Position numbers and translations under genes: made by a program
Notes under the pieces: generated by a model
Told to the model about the DNA's origin: nothing
Database searches by the model: none
The model's input: only the letters and a program-made list of their open reading frames with translations
Part shown: piece after piece, positions 28,111 through 42,085 of the stretch
Layout of the letters: each line of letters opens with the position of its first letter
Numbering within the stretch: position 1 is the first letter of the stretch
DNA from: Octopus sinensis
Lineage: Eukaryota
Assembly (NCBI RefSeq): GCF_006345805.1
Contig: NC_043012.1
Coordinates: 48,298,001 to 48,362,000 of the forward strand
Direction of reading: 5' to 3'
DNA: 64,000 bases

Positions 28111-28941
28111 TCACATTGATCCTGTTACTATTATTATTAGTATTATATAAAACAGTGTGATTTTACCCCATGTGACTTAAAGTTTCGTAAGCTTGCCAAA
28201 GAACCCTAGTTTTCTCGGGCCGCCTGAATCCGGCAGCAAATATTTCTGTGACGAACCTACGAAACTATACATTGCATGGGACTGAATCAATGTTATAAAT
28301 AATAATATACGTAACTTTTACTAAATCATTTGAGTACCTCTTTCATTCGTTTCTCCACTCACTCATGGTTTCAATAAATAGAATAGCATTCGATTAGCTA
28401 AGATAGTAAATATAATGTTATAATAAAAAGCACAAGCCTTGTTATTTACAGCTCCCCAGGGTTTTCCTGGTCCAAACATTAATTTATTACTTCTACATAC
28501 TACCCCACACCATCTTTTAACTATGTTGGCCAACTTTGGCAATAAGTAACAGTTTGTAAAATGTGTTGGCAAGTACCGTACGCTCGATTTCAAAACCTGA
28601 AGGAAAACATATCTTTTGATTCTTAAACATTTTGTAAAAATAAAAGAAAATCGGAATTGACGCTCTCATTTGAAACTGTGCTAATCTTACAGGAAAGCAC
28701 TGTAGCAGAGACTTTGCAAAGTATCCAGTATCATTATAACAATTATATTTCTGAACTGATATACATAAAACAATCCATTACAAAACAATTTTTGTTATGG
28801 TTTGGTCGGTGGAGGAAGTATATCATCCACTATCTTTGCAGTGTTTCCGAAAACATGCTGCAGGAAACAGAATAAGAGATTTGACTCATTTTTGGTCCAT
28901 CCAATGGGATTTTGCAGCTTCCGTTCAGAGACTCTTTAGCA

Positions 28942-29160
28942 CAGTGATTTTCAACCAGGGTTCCACGGAACCTTAGGCTTCCGCCAGTACAGTCTTGGGG
29001 TTCCGCAAGAAGTAACAAAACTGCTAAAATCGGCAGTAATTTTTAATTCTCCTGTGCAGATATGTGTGCATAAGTCTATTAAATTATTGCACAGGGGTTC
29101 CCCGAGCCAGTGAAATGTTTCCTTGGGGTTCCGCTCCAGCAAAAAGTTTGAAAAGCACTG
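28942..29160. mobile_element. hAT (Charlie-like) MITE, 219 bp
   Basis: TIRs CAGTGATTTTCAACC and GTTTGAAAAGCACTG; 8-bp TSD ctttagca/ctttaaca; repeated subterminal GGGGTTCC motifs. Confidence 0.88.
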
Positions 29161-29762
29161 CTTTAACAGAACGCTTTGACTGACCAAGATTAATAGTAGA
29201 AAAAACTTTTGCAAGGTACTGAGCTGTTTAATAGGTTCTGGAATCAAAAGATGGCTAGACGAAATTCTGAATATAAAATATATATGGAATATGAAAATAG
29301 TTTCCTGCGGCAGATGAGTATTTTTGTTGTGGAATAAATCATATGATATATTTTATTAATTTTATATCAAAATTATTGCGCTAGAGCACATTCGAACACA
29401 GCTACCCGACGAGCTGCAGTTCACTGCATCTCTATGATTGTGTGTGACATATAGTGAATGTAACTCAGGTCATAACAAATTATGGCGGAGGATTCGATCG
29501 TTATAGAAATCTCCGATTTTTCGTTTTTTTCTTGCCAATATTTACCTCTTTTGCAAATATACGACGACAAAAAATAACCACATGCATGCACTACATAAGC
29601 GCATTTATATATATTCGTGTACATATGAATATATCTACATATCTACACACACACATACGTATACAAATACACACAGAATTATATATATATATATTATGTA
29701 TATGTATATGTAAAGTATGTAAGGTATCTCTCTCTTTCTCTCTCTCTCCCTCTCTCTCTCCC

Positions 29763-29836
<74 letters not shown>

Positions 29837-32125
29837 GAGTCTTTGAGAGAAAACGCATGTTAAAGATAAGTCGTTATGGTATCGAACCCGGAAACACCAA
29901 ATTGTGGAGTGAACTGCTTAATCATACAGCCATTGTTGCACCTATATAATCACAACTGAAGGTTATCAATTCAATTAGGACTAATGTCATCTCAATCTAT
30001 TTCTAGTGATGTGCAATTTACACAGCGGGTATAGAAATATTCACACATTATGCATTGGTGGAATGAAACAAATGACATATTACACTTATAATGAGTTCTT
30101 CATATCTTCATATCACAAATTAAAATCATGATTTTACCCTTTACAGTTAAATAAAATTTTGGGGTGGAGTTAATATATATTATTGACTGGAATATAGCAC
30201 TAATAATAACGAGGTCTTAATTTTCATTATTTGACAGTGTTACCATTTCTCTTTCATCTCTCCTTCGATTGAGAGCGGTTCCTTTTCCATATTCAGTGTC
30301 TTAGCATCTCTCTCTCACTTTCTCCCTCTTTCTCTCTCTTTCTTAACTCTAGCTTTCCCTATTTCTCTTTCTCTCTTTCTTTCCACACACACACAGACAT
30401 ATGCACATATAAAGAAGGATGAAGCATGAATATGTAAATGAATATATGTATGAATCTTGGTAGGTACATAGGTACTCACTATATATATTTATATATGCCT
30501 GTCTCTTTGGATGTGTGTGTGTTAGCGTGTGTTTGCGTGCGTGTGTCTATATCTACGTGTCTGTGTGTATGTGTATGTGTAAGTGTCTGTCTGCGTGTGC
30601 GTGCGCGCGTGTGTGAGTATGTGTGCGTGCGTGTGTGTTTGTGTGTCTACATGTGTGTGTGTGCATACGTGTAAGCCTAATTGCCTCTCCACCCCTAAAT
30701 ACAGGCTAATTAACCCCTCGAAAAGGGAATTGTTCTTAGTTAGCAAGCGTATTCCGACGTCATTATCTTAAAATTAGAAGAGCTGCGAGAGCAGATCAAT
30801 GGAACTTTAGTGCCGCTGTAATCAAGCGGTTGAACGGCAATGATAATATGAATATCGGCAATTTCATCCAATTTGATACTTCGAATATTTCTTATGCATA
30901 TTGCAATCCATTGTGCTAAAAGTACAGTAAGAACATCTGGAAATCATTATTGTTCCATAACATTTCTTACTGGATTGAAAGGCAAAGTGACAAAGTTCCA
31001 TCATTCGTCGTCTTACTTAAAAACGAGGTTGGACTGGAGATGGACTATTTTTCGGTCTGTTTCTCGGGAATCTGACCTCCAATCACATCGTAGGTTTGCA
31101 AAGATATGGCAGTGTGGCTTCCTCATACAACATAAAGTACCACACCATGGATAGATTCAGAAATGATCTGATACGCTCGTTCAATATGCTGGATTTAAAT
31201 ATAAGAATTTTCCACAAACTTAACGACAGAAAAGTTCTTAAGTATTACAAATAACTGAAGAGATGTAAAATGAAACAAAACGAGAAGACGGCATATAGCC
31301 ATAAGAACCGCATCTGGCGACTATAATTTGGAAACCAAGTGGCAATGATAGGCAGGGGAGTATTGATATAATCCTGATGTAGACTTATTTTCTACAATGC
31401 AACCTCCCTGCTATAAGGAAGCTTTTACCCAAAGTTTCTTTAAAATGCTTAATTATATGGAAACTTTTCAACTCTTCTCCAGCATGAAGAGAGCTGGTGC
31501 ACAGAAAGTAAACCATTCTAATTTAAATGTCCACAAAGTCTATTCGTTACTAAAAAAGTCCATAAAGTATTCTATACTTTCCGAAATGCATCGAAGCATG
31601 ATGAAACATAAATATCATATATTCTTTTGCTAACTATTCTCACCTAGATAATATCCTTCAAGCTTTACGCGTCGCAAGGAAATCTTTCATTAAGATTTTT
31701 CAAAACATAGGATTTCAGCTGAAATTATCGGAATCAAGACACTTACTTGCTGAGACGTAGTAAACGCAGCTACACTCAACCAACAAGATGATATTGAAAG
31801 TAGCTATGTATGGGTTATCATCAAGGATATTATGATTAATTTCAACAACCCATTAGGTCTAGAGACACACTAAACTACGCTACATCTTTGTCTACTTTTA
31901 TTTGGAAGACTAGAGACCAAGAGTATAACTGACTCGCTATAACATGGAACTTGATCGACAGAGCTTCTCCATATTCAGTGGACTTCACAAATTCAGATTC
32001 TACCTCTCAGAGTAACTGGATATTCCGAAGCATACACATAGTCACGCACTCACTCACTCACACACACACACGCGCTCACATATACCAATACATGAACAAA
32101 TATAGATTTGGATCTATGATATATG

Positions 32126-32151
<26 letters not shown>

Positions 32152-32156
<5 letters not shown>

Positions 32157-32363
32157 TAATCCAAACATGAAAACACAAAGAGAAAACACAACAACGCGAG
32201 GACGTGGAACAAATATAGTATTATTGGACGCTCAGGAAGGAAGGGAAGAAGGAGGGTATTACGTTTCGAGCGGAGCTCTTCGTCAGAAACATAGGAAAAG
32301 GAAAGATCCAGAGAAGGGAAGACGGAGGAAAAAAATCGCCAACGGTACACACGCGGTCACATT

Positions 32364-32368
<5 letters not shown>
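32152..32368 (-). mobile_element. Small hammerhead-bearing element inserted in (TA)n, probably a Penelope-like pLTR fragment
   Basis: ~217 bp of complex sequence with (TA)n on both sides; contains the HHR at 32256-32290. Confidence 0.7.
32256..32290 (-). ncRNA. Minimal type I hammerhead ribozyme
   Basis: Minus strand gttt-CTGACGA-a-GAGC-tcc-GCTC-GAAA-CGTA-atac: intact core, 4-bp stem II, palindromic ACGT stem III, GUA site, stem I 3 of 4 pairs. Confidence 0.8.
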
Positions 32369-32422
<54 letters not shown>

Positions 32423-32912
32423 ATATATATACGACACTAAAGTGACTAAAGGCACTAGTCAGTACCAGTATTGCTAGAAATAAGAATTAAAACAACTCAC
32501 AGTCACAAGAAGAACTTATCTTAATAAATGACAAGGGAAGCAAGCTCCCTCGGCGCCTGGGCATTGCCAGATCATAGTGATTTCGCATTTATATTAATGC
32601 TCGTTGTTGACTCTCACCTAGCGCCTTGGATTAAACTGAAATCTTCTTGTCAGTTTACAAGATTATCGTAGAAATAATACTTTGATTTCCTAAACGGAGA
32701 GTTCCCATTGCTATTTTGTGCGAAGTGAAATAATTCAATTAAGCCAAAAAAAAAAAAAGAACGCAATACTGTTAGATAATGTGGAATAATAATGCTTCTC
32801 TCGTAATTATATGTGCTGTGTTTAAAGGCTAACAGGCGTTTGTATACGGTTATCTTTAAGGTAGATATGTGTAATCGCATATATATGTACATAGGAATAT
32901 AAACACGAGTAA

Positions 32913-33131
32913 AGGCGGTGAGTTGGAAGAATTCTTAGCAGGCCGGGCTGAATTCTTAGTGCCGTTTTGTCCCGTCTTTACGTTCTGAGTTCAAATTCCA
33001 CCGGTATTGAATTTACCTTTCATTCTTCCGGAGATAGATAGAATAAGTAACGTCTGAACACTGCAGTCGATGTAGTCGACTTACCTCTTCTTCCGAAAAT
33101 ACTGGCCTTGTGGCAATATTTGAAACCAATA
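32913..33131 (+). mobile_element. SINE family B, diverged
   Basis: cgttctgagttcaaattcc...cctttcat...gtcgatgtagtcgactta...ctggccttgtg motifs. Confidence 0.75.
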
Positions 33132-34066
33132 TATAACATGGGTCTAAATAGGCTCGCATGTGAATGCATATGTCGGCAACGATGCACATGAACAGCCATA
33201 TATGGAATTTCACTTTTATATTGCCCCGTTTATGTATTCCCATGTTCTAATATTACTTTGTTCTTTTAATTCCATTTGCTTCTATCCAAATTTGTGATCA
33301 TAACACCACAGCATACACTAATTATACAAATGGTATGCTTCAAACATATATTTAGGCATTTATGCGGCTCCCCTAATTTATATAATTTTTAATCAATATT
33401 AAAATTATTGTTGAACCATATTGTGATTAAGAACTCTAACGGATTTGCCTTCACATGCATATGTGTACGTTGTTGCTGTTGTGTAAGGGTATGTGTGTTT
33501 GTGTGCACACGTCCATGACAAGCTCTAATGCAAAACTTATAAATAAAAATTATGAACATATGGGAGTAGAAATAAAAATTATACAAATATATGTATATAA
33601 AGACATTCAATTACACATATACACATATATATATATACATACATATATGTGTATATCTATCTATCTATATATATATATGTGTGTGTGTGTGAGAGAGAGT
33701 GTGTGAGCGTGTAGATATCAAGATAGATATGGATATATAGATAGACATAGATATAGACAGATGTATAGATATATGTACATATATACATACACATACATGT
33801 ATATTATATATATATATATGTATATGTGTGTATATATATACACACATATATATGTTTGTATACATACACTTATACATATGCATGTGTACATATAAATGCG
33901 AACATATAAACGTCCCTCACATATACGCGCGCGCACATACGCATGTATATTTGCATATAGGATTAACGTCTACTTATTTTACATTGAATATCTTATGCAC
34001 CACGGTATTTATTTTATAAGTATTTAAATATCTACGCAAATCATGTTCCGCACCACACTAAGTATG

Positions 34067-34169
<103 letters not shown>

Positions 34170-34197
34170 ATACATATATATATGTATATACATATAC

Positions 34198-34251
<54 letters not shown>

Positions 34252-34965
34252 ACATAAAATATATTCAGTGAGTTGACCTATATCTAACCCTAACCCGCCT
34301 CTCACCAACGTAAAACTAACAATAATAGAATTTAAATCAACAATATTTTACTACTAAAAAAGATAATATATTCCATAAACCCCTCACTCTCCTCATGCCA
34401 AATAGCAATAACTATTATTTCTAAAGACTGTAATAACAAATTTGAATATATGTATAATTCCAAATTTATTTATTCATAACTTCAGTAATTAACTACACCT
34501 GCTATTAAAACCATTTTAGCGTAAATTCTGTGCATATTTTCTCACGTAGTAAAAGTTACCCTACAGCCAAAGAATACTCACATAACATCTTTTTCTTCAT
34601 TCCCGAATCGCTAGTTTGTTCTTTTTTTGTTTTTTTGTTTTTTATATATTTGGATGATCAGAAGGCGATTACTATATATTTTCCACAGAATGTTTTTCTT
34701 TATAGTTAATACTTTATATGCAGAATATTTTCTATGGAACTTATATAATATTTGAAAAATTTGATGTGCTCATATGCAAGACAAATAACTGAAACTGCTG
34801 CCTAGAAATATAAACTCTTAATACCATTTCATGGATCGCCTGACGATCGGAAACGAAAAACTTCATGTAGCATTTAACAGAATGTAGCTTTTTGATATAT
34901 AGGTCTGATTTTGTACGTGCATGTACGTACGAAGGCGGACGTGTTTGTGCGTGCGTGTGTGTATG

Positions 34966-35012
<47 letters not shown>

Positions 35013-35134
35013 ATTTCTAGTTGTTGCTATTTCACTAACATGTAAATTTATATACTTTTAAATTGATACTGCTGTTTCGTATTCATATATATTTAAAATA
35101 CGAAGAATAAGAAGAAGAAAAAAGAAGGACGAGG

Positions 35135-35250
35135 AGAAGAAGAAGAAGAAGAAGAAGAAGAAAAAGAAGAAGAAGAAGAAGAAGAAGAAGAAGAAGAAGA
35201 AGAAGAAGAAGAAGAAGAAGAAGAAGAAGAAGAAGAAGAAGAAGAAGAAA
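35135..35250. repeat. (GAA)n microsatellite
   Basis: Directly visible. Confidence 0.95.
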
Positions 35251-35494
35251 AGAACAACAACAACAACAAATCCAAGATTCGGACTAGCATTCGGTAGAGC
35301 ATAGACAAGTGTCACGGATAGAAATTTCTATTTCTCTTTAGTCTTGATCAACAAGTTTCCTATCGATGGTGTCTCGATAAAACCACTGGCGTTTACACAA
35401 CCTTCCACATGTAGCTGTCTCAAAAAAGTGTAATGTAAAATGAAAACTGTTCAAATAATGGCGTGAATGATATGGAATCACATGTCAGGAATGG

Positions 35495-36118
35495 TTCGAA
35501 GAGGCAGACTTCTTTCTGTCGTCTTCCTGAAACTGCCAAAGTAAGTGAAAGAACAAACAGGACGAAAGAATTAAACAAGCTGATGATAAAGTGCTGTATC
35601 CTGAGCACATCAACGAGGAGGCATTTCAATAACAAAATGTTCCGTGTTTGGAATGAGTTATTTGAATAAAGCTAGCATGGCAATAAATAACAAAGGATAA
35701 CTCACCTCAATGGAAATTGAATTAATCAGGAAAGAGATAGAGGGCAGTGGAAATACCATTATCTCTGGTAAATCAGAATTTAATTCCAACACTTTAGTAC
35801 AGGGAAAAATCGTCAACAGAACGCGTTACGGACAACGTCGAAAGGAGTAAAATCAGCGAATGGAGAAAATTCTAGATGAAATACAAAGCAGAACAGAATA
35901 ATTCTCCCAACTTTAAAATTCATTCACAGAAATACAGCGAATACTTTACGAATGTCAGAAAGTGTCTAAAACCATAACTTAACACTTTGACTACTTTTAC
36001 AGTAATAAATGCCTGAACGTTATCAGTCATTAGATTCTTTAATTCTTTCGTCCAGTTTGTTCTTTCACTTACTTTCGCAGTTTCAGGAAGACGACAGAAA
36101 GAAGTCTGCCTCTTCGAA
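35495..36118. repeat. Inverted repeat with ~92-bp arms (35495-35586 and 36027-36118)
   Basis: ttcgaagaggcagacttctttctgtcgtcttcctgaaactgc.aaagtaagtgaaagaacaaac.ggacgaaagaattaaa occurs on both strands; the ORF track shows SKRQTSFCRLPETAKVSERTN on + and on -. Confidence 0.92.
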
Positions 36119-36120
36119 TC

Positions 36121-36870
36121 ATCAAATGGACAACGGGAAAATTGGAGTAAATTGACCGGAGAACGAGAAAACTGTTGAGAATATACAGAGTACTGCGCCT
36201 CCAATCTGACGTTGATGGGATATATCAAGCGGGGCAAAGAGGAAAGAGACATCAAATTGTGGAAGATAGTATAAATATAGGCATAAATATTCTCCAAGAA
36301 TATACATAGTCATGCAGTGAACAGCTATTGTAAACAGTAATGGCAGAATCTATACTCGGCGCCGGAAGGAGGAAGAAAGAATTACACAAAGAAGCACTAG
36401 ACAGGCATAAAGAAAAATCCGTGCAAGGAAGTTCAACAGCGACACAATAGGAGATAATAGTCAGATATATAATAAATGAGTGTCCGAAATTCGTACGAAA
36501 ATTCTACAAAAGAATGGAGGTATAATAAATTACAGTTCTACTTCACTGAAAACTTAGCTAAAAATTCAACTTCGACTATTCAGAAAGATTCTACGAGCAA
36601 GAAGGGGAAAAAAATTGACAAAGTGGAGATATTGTGAGACATGGAGATACAGATTGAAAACACAATCGAAAATTCTGTCATCGTCCCGACTATTGGAAGT
36701 TGTGTTATGTCTCTTTCATACAGAAGTAACTGAAGAGAAATGAGATAAGATTGATAGAAAGCAAAACTTTGGGATTGAGATTGAAAAACTATGGTACTGT
36801 AGGAAGATTAAAGTCATTTCTATTATTGTAGAATCATTCAGAATTGTAACCAGCAGACTGGAAGGATGAG
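36121..36870 (+). mobile_element. Old R4/Dong-type LINE fragment
   Basis: Stop-riddled translation IKWTTGKLE*IDRRTRKLLRIYRVLRLQSDVDGIY ... IEIEKLWYCRKIKVISIIVES. Confidence 0.7.
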
Positions 36871-37571
36871 TGAAGAAGATCGCCATTGAGGTCAATACAA
36901 AATATTTGCTTGTTATCTACAATGAGAATCATAAGTTCGTTCTCGAATACTTGGGGCAGGAGGAAGTGACTTGATTTCCAAGAAAATCCCCCATCTGTAT
37001 CATCGACGCCAATGTTCCACATTTACTTTATTTTAATGACCCCAAAAGGCAAAGTCGACCTCGACAAGATTAGAACTCAGAATGTAAAGACGGACGAAAC
37101 GCCGCTAAGCTAATAATGGTAAAACAGCAACAAGCAGAATAACTCAAAAGCTCACTAGCTTGAATCTGGGTAATCGTGTTAAAGTCGAATATACAAAATA
37201 ATGTGCAGAGGTAGTTCTTAATTTTTTTTTATAATTTCCAGTCTGAGTGGGATGGAGTCAATCATACCTTAGCGGTAAAGGGAGGCAATGAGAGGGATTT
37301 AAGTATAAAATTTCTCGAGTTAACTAAAGCAAGGACAGTGTTGTCTTTGCTACAGGTAACATACAACTCGTTACGCGATGGTTGTTCTCTTACAAGGTGA
37401 GTCTGTATTTTACTGAAGAAGGTGTAACAGAAACCGAAATATATTGTTGTGTCACACGCCACTCTGAACACTATCGTTCAATTTTGTACATACGTATATA
37501 TATATGTGTGTGTGTGTGTGTAAATGTATATGTATATAGTGTGTGTGTATACACACATATATATGCATGTT

Positions 37572-37800
37572 AGGCGGCGAGCTGGAAGAAACGTTAGCAC
37601 GCGGGATGAAATCCGTAGCCGTGTTTCGTCTGCCGTTACGTTCTGAGTTCAAATTCCGCCGAGGTCGACTTTGCCTTTCATCCTTTCGGGGTCGATAAAT
37701 TAAGTACCAGTTACGCACTGGGGTCGATGTAATCGACTTAATTCCTTTGTCTGTCCTTGTTTGTCCCCTCTGTGTTTAGCCCCTTGTGGGTAGTAAAGAA
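37572..37800 (+). mobile_element. SINE family B, young full-length copy with 15-bp TSD
   Basis: B box GTTCAAATTCC; central gtcgactttgcctttcatcctttcggggtcgataaattaagtaccag, which resembles the Meta-type SINE domain from memory. TSD atatatatgcatgtt at 37557-37571 and 37801-37815. Confidence 0.92.
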
Positions 37801-37988
37801 ATATATATGCATGTTTATGTTTATACATACATACATACATATAATACGTAAGTGCGTTGTATGTGTTTGAGTGCGTACGATTAATAAAAAAAATGATGTA
37901 GCAACTGAATGCATGCCACTCTCCTCCTCACTCTTTCTGTTTTCCTCTTCACCTTCTCTCTCACTCTGTCTGTCTGTCTCTTTCTTTG

Positions 37989-38025
<37 letters not shown>

Positions 38026-39299
38026 TTCTGTCACACACACACATGCTTTCTTCCACTCACTAAGGAGCAATGGTGAACACCTTGCCTTGTTTCACAGGGG
38101 TTTACACGTTTATCATGTGTGTTTAGTCCAGAGTGTAATTTACGTGAAATGCAATGAACAACGGCTACTACATTGTTTCTGTAGCATATCAGTACATTTG
38201 TTGATGAGACGTATTAATTAACTGAATAACCTGAATAACTTACAAACTGTGCTTCTGGATACATTGTAAATAAAGTTATATACATGAGTTTAATAAACAT
38301 ACATGTAGCCTCACTGTATCAATAGACATTTGCAATTAGACTTGTCTATTTGCAGACCGTTGCTAAATCTATGTTTAGTAAACATACGGCTATAAATTTA
38401 ATTATAACTTATCCACAAACACGCTCGCTCATTACTTTATTTAGATTTGTATGCGTATGTGTATATTGACTTCTAATTATTGTATTTATTTTTGTGTAAA
38501 CATAGAGAAGCATATGCATAATTATTGATGCACACGTGTAAGTTCGTGTCTTGATATTAACATACATAGTGACCCTGCACTAAGTTTATTCATAGCCGCA
38601 GAATTGCGCATAAAATAAACACAAACACACTGTCACACAGAATAACACTTACCTATATACACACACGTTTGTATATGTGTGTATATGTGAAAAAATAAAA
38701 CTGTTTTATGATATGTCTTCAAACCGAATGTCAACTGTCTGTTCCCTAGATGACAGCAAATAATGTGTTGTGGAAAACATAGGGGGATATTCTATTCACA
38801 TCCATTTAAATCAGGTTTGGGCAACCTTTATCGAGAAGTGGGCCACATGAAACATATTTCTTCAGGTGAACCATTCAGAAAATCATGCGGGCTGCATTTG
38901 CCCATGACTGGTTTGAATAGTCAAAGTATTCTGGAAAAACAAAAAGTATCAGTTCGCTAAAACTGGGAAGAACATAACCAATAACCGAATTAAAGAAGAT
39001 GTATCCTTAATGATTAGATTTTGAAGAGGATGTCCGATAATTAAATAACCAAATAATGTACGTATTTATAGTGTGAAAACAAGATTATATAACGGTAATA
39101 ATAATTTAACTTTGAATCGATCTAATGTAAGATAAAGAACAATTTGGCCATTCCTAATATTTCTGCTCATGAACACACTATACATCACCAGATTTCCGAA
39201 TTATTTGAAATCCAATGTGATCGTGCACAGCTCCAGTAAACTGGTTTATTGTTTACTCTTCTTTGGCCATATCTGTGTCATTAACTGACTTAATAAATT

Positions 39300-39551
39300 C
39301 TTTAATGTTCCTCCTTGAGTCATACAGACTGATAGGGCCGGTTTCCTGGTTTTCATGGCGTATATGTTCCCCACCTGGACGGTAAGCTGGTCCGTTGCAG
39401 GATTACTCCTTTTTGCCAGACGAGTGGAATTGAGCGACGTGAAATGAAGTATTTTACTCAAGAACACAACGCCTCACTCGGCTCAGGAATTGAAACCATA
39501 ATCTTATGATCATGAGTGCAACACCCCAACCACTAAGCCACGCGCCTCCAC
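39300..39551 (-). mobile_element. SINE family E
   Basis: Reverse-strand match to 9295-9556 (gtggaggcgcgtggcttagtggtt...). Confidence 0.85.
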
Positions 39552-40123
39552 TAAATAACTTAATTCCGCCCAAATTATTTCGACTGCCTCAATCAGGCGT
39601 GAAGATAACTTTGTTCTCTGTACTTCACGCCACGGTTATTATTTGATGTTATCTATGGGTCCATAGATTATCCAAATATTATGAACCGATCACTCTCGTG
39701 GGTTAACTGCATTTATACACATCTATATTCAATCTACGATGCTTTATATTTAATTTTTTATAACCAAAGGAAAACATACTCTCGCTCAGGTATATATCTA
39801 TGCGAAATGTACACAAACACACACATGCTCATAGGCAGGCACATATTCAGACGTATACAACCATACAGATCCATATTATTAAGCATACAGCTAGATATAG
39901 TCTAAGTGTGTGTTTGTGAGTGGGTGTGTATGCTTTGTACAAAGTTGTGCGTGTGTATTTTTCTGTGTCATAATTCCACAATTCATCTATTAAAATATAA
40001 AAAATTTTGTAAAGTATTCCAGGACCCAGTAAGAGAAGAAGAATAGATAAAACAATCTAAGCCATACTTGTGGAGTACTTTTATAAAGAAAAAAAATACT
40101 CAGCTCTTATGGATTAGATTGTG

Positions 40124-40802
40124 TTATCTATCCTTTCTATGTATTAGTGCCTGAGATGTTTCATTTATGAGGACGTACTTCTGTATTTTCCTGGGTGTTG
40201 GGTCCTTCGGGTGCTTCGATAAAATGCGGATGTCAAGCCGACACAGTGTACCTCCGTGTTGGTCTTTGGCACGTTATTAGAGTATGGAGGACTGCTTTTA
40301 ACGTCATATTGTTTCAAAAGTCCTTTAGTCTCTACACAATGCTTCTAGATGTCCCATCAATGTATGCCATATTCTTGTTTTTACAAACACCCTCTATGCA
40401 CCTTATGCTGTAGACTACATTTCTAGTCCTATATTTAATGCCAGGGTTAATCTTATATACCATGTAGTTATCATTGGTGCATGTGGTATTCTCAAATTGG
40501 TACGTCCAACATAATTGAGATCTGATGGAGCTCCCTGGCTTTTCAACGATCTTCATGTTGAGTTTGGCCGCCTTCAGAGTTTTTCTAAATCCTCGGATCT
40601 CTACAAACATTACTCCTTGATATTTGTCGGCCTTGTACCATGTGATCACCCTGTTTGCTTTATCACAAACTCTCTGTATCCTATTCCATACCTATTTTAT
40701 ATCTAGGGCAGGCACCACTGGTTTCATTACATATAATGCTACCTAACTTCTTTCTGGCTCCTCTGTATACCCGAACCATATCATTCTGGTCATATCCAGA
40801 CA
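40124..40802 (-). mobile_element. Decayed Penelope-like element: RT C-terminus, linker and GIY-YIG endonuclease
   Basis: SGY...; ORF 40332-40649 reads WYK...MFV...IVEKPG...RNVVYSIRCIEGVCKNKNMAYIDGTSRS, and after a stop continues as DQHGG...ILSKHPKDPTPRKIQKYVLINE. This matches the PLE pattern NVVY.I.C..C...YIGETSR...R..E...I. Confidence 0.8.
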
Positions 40803-41553
40803 CTGTTCTGCTATCTAAAAATCAGAGTAGCTACCCAACAGCTCTATTTCATTAAAACATACATTCTTCAAGGCTATACACAAATCTGTTAATTCGACTG
40901 TCAAGTAGTTAGAACTCACAGAACATCAAGCAAGAAAATTAAAACACACGATGTTACAAAACATCAAAAAGAAAATATACGCAGAAATCAACCAGTACCA
41001 GAAACGAAAGAGGGCCCTTCAGCATGAATTGAAAAATACCACTAAACCATACGAAAGTAACAGATTCATGACACACGTCTAAAAAGAGTGCTCCCGAATG
41101 AACCATGTCAGCAACAAAAACTTTCACAACGAACTGAAGTGGATAAAACAGCAACCACAACGTTCTCACAAACAATTTCGACAGAATCATTATGTTGAAA
41201 TGTGGCTACCAGAGGACTTCAGAGCCAGAACACCGAAAAACAACACCACCAACAACAACAACAATTATACCCCTGGAACATAACGGTGCAGTGCAGCTAG
41301 ATACGGATAAAGATAAATGCCTTAGAGCTACCACCGAAATTTGCTGCATATAAAAAGTTCAGAAAATTGATTGTCTAAGATTGAAAAACGTTCTAAATAA
41401 TAAGATGGAGGTTAGGACAATACAAAAACAACAACAACAGCACAAACATACGAAACCAAAATAACAACAACAATAGCGATATGTGTGAAGATATGTGTGA
41501 AGGAGATAGACAGACAAGCAGACAGACAGACAGACAGACAGACACATACATAC

Positions 41554-41600
<47 letters not shown>

Positions 41601-42085
41601 TATAGATAGATAGATAGACAGACAGCCAGACAGACAGACAGATAGATTTGCTCAAGGTACTAGGAAACAGAATCAAAATAGGGAAACTCGTTGAAGCGAA
41701 ACAAACTTCATCAACACCATAGATATGGCTGCGCCTATAAGTGAAAAAGAGACAGAGCGTTTATGAGTTTATAGACTAATTGTTCTATGTATAGAAGATA
41801 CGAATCTACTCAATAAATAATATATCGTAATGACTGTGCGTGTTGTGGCAGATCGCTGAATAACTTGGTGTGTGCTTAAATATTCGCATGTTAAAAATGG
41901 GCAAGTATAGGCGATTATTTAAGAAAATGAATTCGCAAATCCATTGATCTGCCTTGATTCCACTTAACGGCACCTGGAATAAATGTCTTTTACCTTGACT
42001 TTGTGTTTACCAATGTTACTTATTGAGTAGAGCTTAGCAAATGCAACATACATACATACATAGATGCATACATACATACATACAT

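Noticed and set aside
34284-34296. CTAACCCTAACCC telomere-like repeat
   Set aside because: Only about two units; not an interstitial telomeric array.
35560-35600. GGACGAAA...CTGATGA in the left inverted-repeat arm
   Set aside because: No consistent stems, and the other arm has CTAATGA.
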